Shown here piece after piece: positions 60,668 through 64,000 of a stretch of 64,000 bases of DNA (the first letter of the stretch is position 1; each line of letters begins with the position of its first letter). The stretch is from Octopus sinensis. Taxonomy: Eukaryota. Location of the stretch: positions 1 through 64,000 of the forward strand of contig NW_021833708.1 of NCBI RefSeq assembly GCF_006345805.1, read 5' to 3'. The translations under genes were made by a program, and so were the position numbers. The notes beneath the pieces were generated by a model. The model did not search any database. It had not been told where the DNA came from and worked only from the letters and a program-made list of their open reading frames with translations.

Positions 60668-61900
60668 ATACATACATATACAAACGTACAGCAGCATGCA
60701 CAGAAACGACCGAATACATTTACATAAATACAAAAACACATGTACATACACGGTCACGTGCTCTAAATCACATGCATAATAAAAACAAGACAATATGTAT
60801 GCGATTATGGTTTGAATAATTTGAATGATTTGAATGTAATGCAGATGATATAACTGACAAGTTGTTCTAATAACTTTGAATAAAAAGAAATATGCACGAC
60901 GTGCGACTGTACTTTTGTAGTTAGATGCGTGTGTAAAAGCTATGCTTAAAATATTTCTCAGCCCTGTGTGAAACGTAAGATAGTTAGATAGTAGAGAGAG
61001 GTGTGAGATGTCTTATGAACGTGGGACGAAAAGCATAACCTCCGCCTGGAAATATGATTTTTACCGAGATATTAAATCAAGGCCTTTCTTTTTAACAAAC
61101 ATTTTTGAAGGTTCCTTTTATCTTTAATCACGAAAACAGTTTCTTTAATACCTGTCAACTCCCATTAAAACTATCGATAGGCCAGTTGGTTATGTTCAGG
61201 TGTGCATTGTAGCCAGCTTTGATCAGAATGATCAAATATAGTAATGTTAACCGCAAGCGAATTATACTTTTATCAAAGCTGCTCTCAGTTCAAATCCGGA
61301 GAATGATCTGCCATAAGAATTTCCTCGCAACGTGTTTGTTTTATGGCAACGAATGAAACCAAGAAATGTGTGTGTATGCGTGTGTGTGTGTGCAGGTGGG
61401 GTGGGGTGTATGTCTGTCCACGTTTCCGATGCATGCAACAAAAATAATGGAACAATAATCATAAATTTAAGTTTGACTCAACGAAACACGAGAAAATAAC
61501 ATGAAATTGTTTAATTCAATTCATAAATAGTTGAAAATTTTAGAAAAGGTTTAGTGGCTATAAATATGTGTATACATAAATATACATATATATATATATA
61601 AATATACACACACATACATTTATATATATATATATATATGCACACATCAGTAAGTAATGGATATTTCAATACCTATTTCTTTACTACCCACAAGGGGCTA
61701 AACTAGGACAGACAAACGGACTAAGTCGATTATATCGACCCCAGTGCGTAACTGGTACTTATTTAATCGACCCCGAAAGGATGAAAGGCAAAGTCGACCT
61801 CGGCGGAATTTGAACTCAGAACGTAACGGCAGACGAAATACCGCTCAGCATTTCGCCCGGCCTGCTAACGTTTCTGCTAGCTCGCCGCCTTTATTCAATA

Positions 61901-62331
61901 CTAGCAGCATAGCCCGGCGTTGCCCGGGTATGTAAGAACCCCTAGTAGGCAACGACTAATCCCAATCTAGTCCTTTCCCTCTAGGGAACGAAGGCGCATG
62001 TGTAGGTTGCAATGTCTTCTCTTCACACGAATACTTCTGTGTATACGATGTTCCTAGCTGTCCCTTTGGGCGATAAAAGGTCGAGTTGTGTCCCCTAGAC
62101 AGAAAATGTGTTGCATATAAAAAGCTTAGATTCTTGACCCCATGTCGAATTTATCGATTTTTTTCAGAACTGGGGGAACTTTTCAAAATTTTCGCGGTGT
62201 TAGTTTTGAATTATGACATTGGGCTATGTGTGTGTCAAGTTTCATCAGAATCGGTTGAAAGCCGTGGTCAGGGTGAGGGTACAACCTGACAGACACACAG
62301 ACAGACAAACTGCCGTTTATATAGAGAGAGA
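61901..62331 (-). mobile_element. Non-autonomous Helitron
   Basis: The minus strand starts TCTCTCTCTATATAA and ends acccgggcaacgccgggctatgctgCTAG-T, with the same terminal hairpin type as 10596-10996. Confidence 0.75.
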
Positions 62332-62715
62332 TTCTACCAGAATACGAAGTTTAAAAGTGTTTAGTTACCTAGAAATTATGTTAAAAACTGCCGGTCAAAC
62401 TGAAAAGATTCATTTTCTGCCCCAGAGGGCGAAAATTACTGTTTGTCAACAGACAACAGTTCAAATCACCGTACAGAAACCCAATGAAAATTATAAAAAA
62501 ACCCATACATGGAGTTCAGAGATACTGTAGAACAATGTAGAGAGACTGAGTCACAAGAAACCTTGCCAAGCATGTGGTACTGAGCTCAATCCCACTGCAT
62601 GGCACCTCAAGTGTGTGCCTTCTACTTTGTCCTTGTTTTATCCAAAGGGTTCTCAGTGGAATTTCTAGGCGGAGACTTGTGAGTGGATTTCCTATTTGAC
62701 ACACATTCAACATCT

Positions 62716-63110
62716 TCTTTTCCGTTTGTACGGCAGTTTTTTAACAATTTCCACGTAACTAAACACTTTTAAACTTCGTATACTGGTAGAATGTGTTTAT
62801 AAAATATAATTTTCTCTTGGCTTTATTGAGAAAATTCTATAGTTTGTAAGATATTTGTTGTTTTTTTTCAATTTCAACCAATCACTGACGTCTATTGAGG
62901 TAAAAAAAAACATTCTGTGCCGTATGAATATGTCCCTCGTTTAAGAAACAGATTGGGTTTGTTTATATTTGTGAAGAAAAAAAGATACCCTTCCCCCCAC
63001 CCCTAACCCTAAAACAGATTGAAATGCAATAGATCGATACTAGGGTCATAATTATGGGTAACAATTTCATATGACACCGCTAGAAAAAACTGCTGTTCAA
63101 ACTGAAAAGA
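62716..63110. mobile_element. MITE with ~25-bp TIRs; a truncated inverted copy lies at about 62332-62410
   Basis: tcttttccgtttgtacggcagtttt / aaaactgctgttcaaactgaaaaga. Confidence 0.65.
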
Positions 63111-64000
63111 TACTTCTTTTCTACTCTTGGCACAAGATTCGAAATTGATTAGGTTGACAGCATTAGGCAACTGGTACTTAATTCATCAATCCTTAGAGAA
63201 TGGAAGTGAAAGTCGACTTCAGCAGAATTTCAACTCAGAATGGAAAGACAGACGAAATACCAAAAACAATTTCGCCCGGTGTGCTGAAGTTTCTGCCAGT
63301 GATTTGACACATTGCATGTATTCGTTGTAAAATAACCGACGCAACAAATATTTGCATATTTGTTCACAATACTTTGGAGGAGAATAAGAGGAGAAATATG
63401 TTAGTCGCTGTTGTGCATGTCAAAGGACAAGCGCTTCACCTTGCTAAGAATACTTCCTACATCGTTTATGTTGTTTTCCATTCAGGCATATGTTGGATGC
63501 TTCAACGGAGTGACAAAGCCATGAGCTGCACCAGTTTCCTTGTCTGATTTGGCTTTTCTACAGCAGAATGCATTTCCTAATGTCCACCCTTCTACAGAGT
63601 GCACTGGGTGTTACTTTTTCTTTTTATGTGACAACAAAAACCGACAGGGGGCCCAAGGACCTTGCAAGACAAATAGCTCAAAACTGGCAGAAGAAGGTAG
63701 TATTGAAGAACGTCACTTTGTGCCCGTTGACAGGTTAAGGTAGAAAGGGAACAGGGTCCAGATATAGAGCAAAAAAAACAAGCAAAAAATAAATATGTTA
63801 TTCATTATTCTTTATTAAGAAATTCCTATAACTGATGAAAGGAAAAAGCCTGTGTTTTAGCAGACCAATTAGTGTTAATTATCGTTATGACTTAATAAAT
63901 TTTGACATTGAGACAGTAACACGTCTCTGGGAATAGCCACATGTTTATGCATGTGGCTTTTTCGAGAGAATCATTTGCCACACATGTCACACTGACATGG

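Overview
AT-rich, microsatellite- and transposon-dense animal DNA. The repeat families look like those of Octopus genomes, which is my recognition rather than a database result. One host gene was reconstructed by hand on the + strand (about 13.8-39.4 kb, 12-14 coding exons with AG/GT sites and consistent phases). It encodes ankyrin repeats, a C3HC4 RING, a linker built from mini-exons and a C-terminal death domain. The ankyrin-RING part resembles the C-terminal half of Mind-bomb, without the MIB/ZZ/REP modules. Three features stand out. (1) One 767-bp exon holds 7.5 near-identical 102-bp ankyrin units whose amino-acid differences fall almost entirely on the ligand-binding positions randomised in DARPin libraries. 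(2) An intronic ~468-bp tandem/inverted repeat carries a type I hammerhead ribozyme in each full monomer (retrozyme- or Penelope-like). (3) A tandem array of 51-nt mini-exons derives from the first death-domain exon. A 36-nt micro-exon is 1 nt short and breaks the frame, which is either a real lesion or an assembly error. The rest is RTE, R4/Dong, Tx1 and CR1-type LINEs, several tRNA-SINE families, MITEs, two non-autonomous Helitrons, mariner remnants and a solo LTR. Indels in young repeats suggest imperfectly polished sequence, so single-base lesions need read-level checks.
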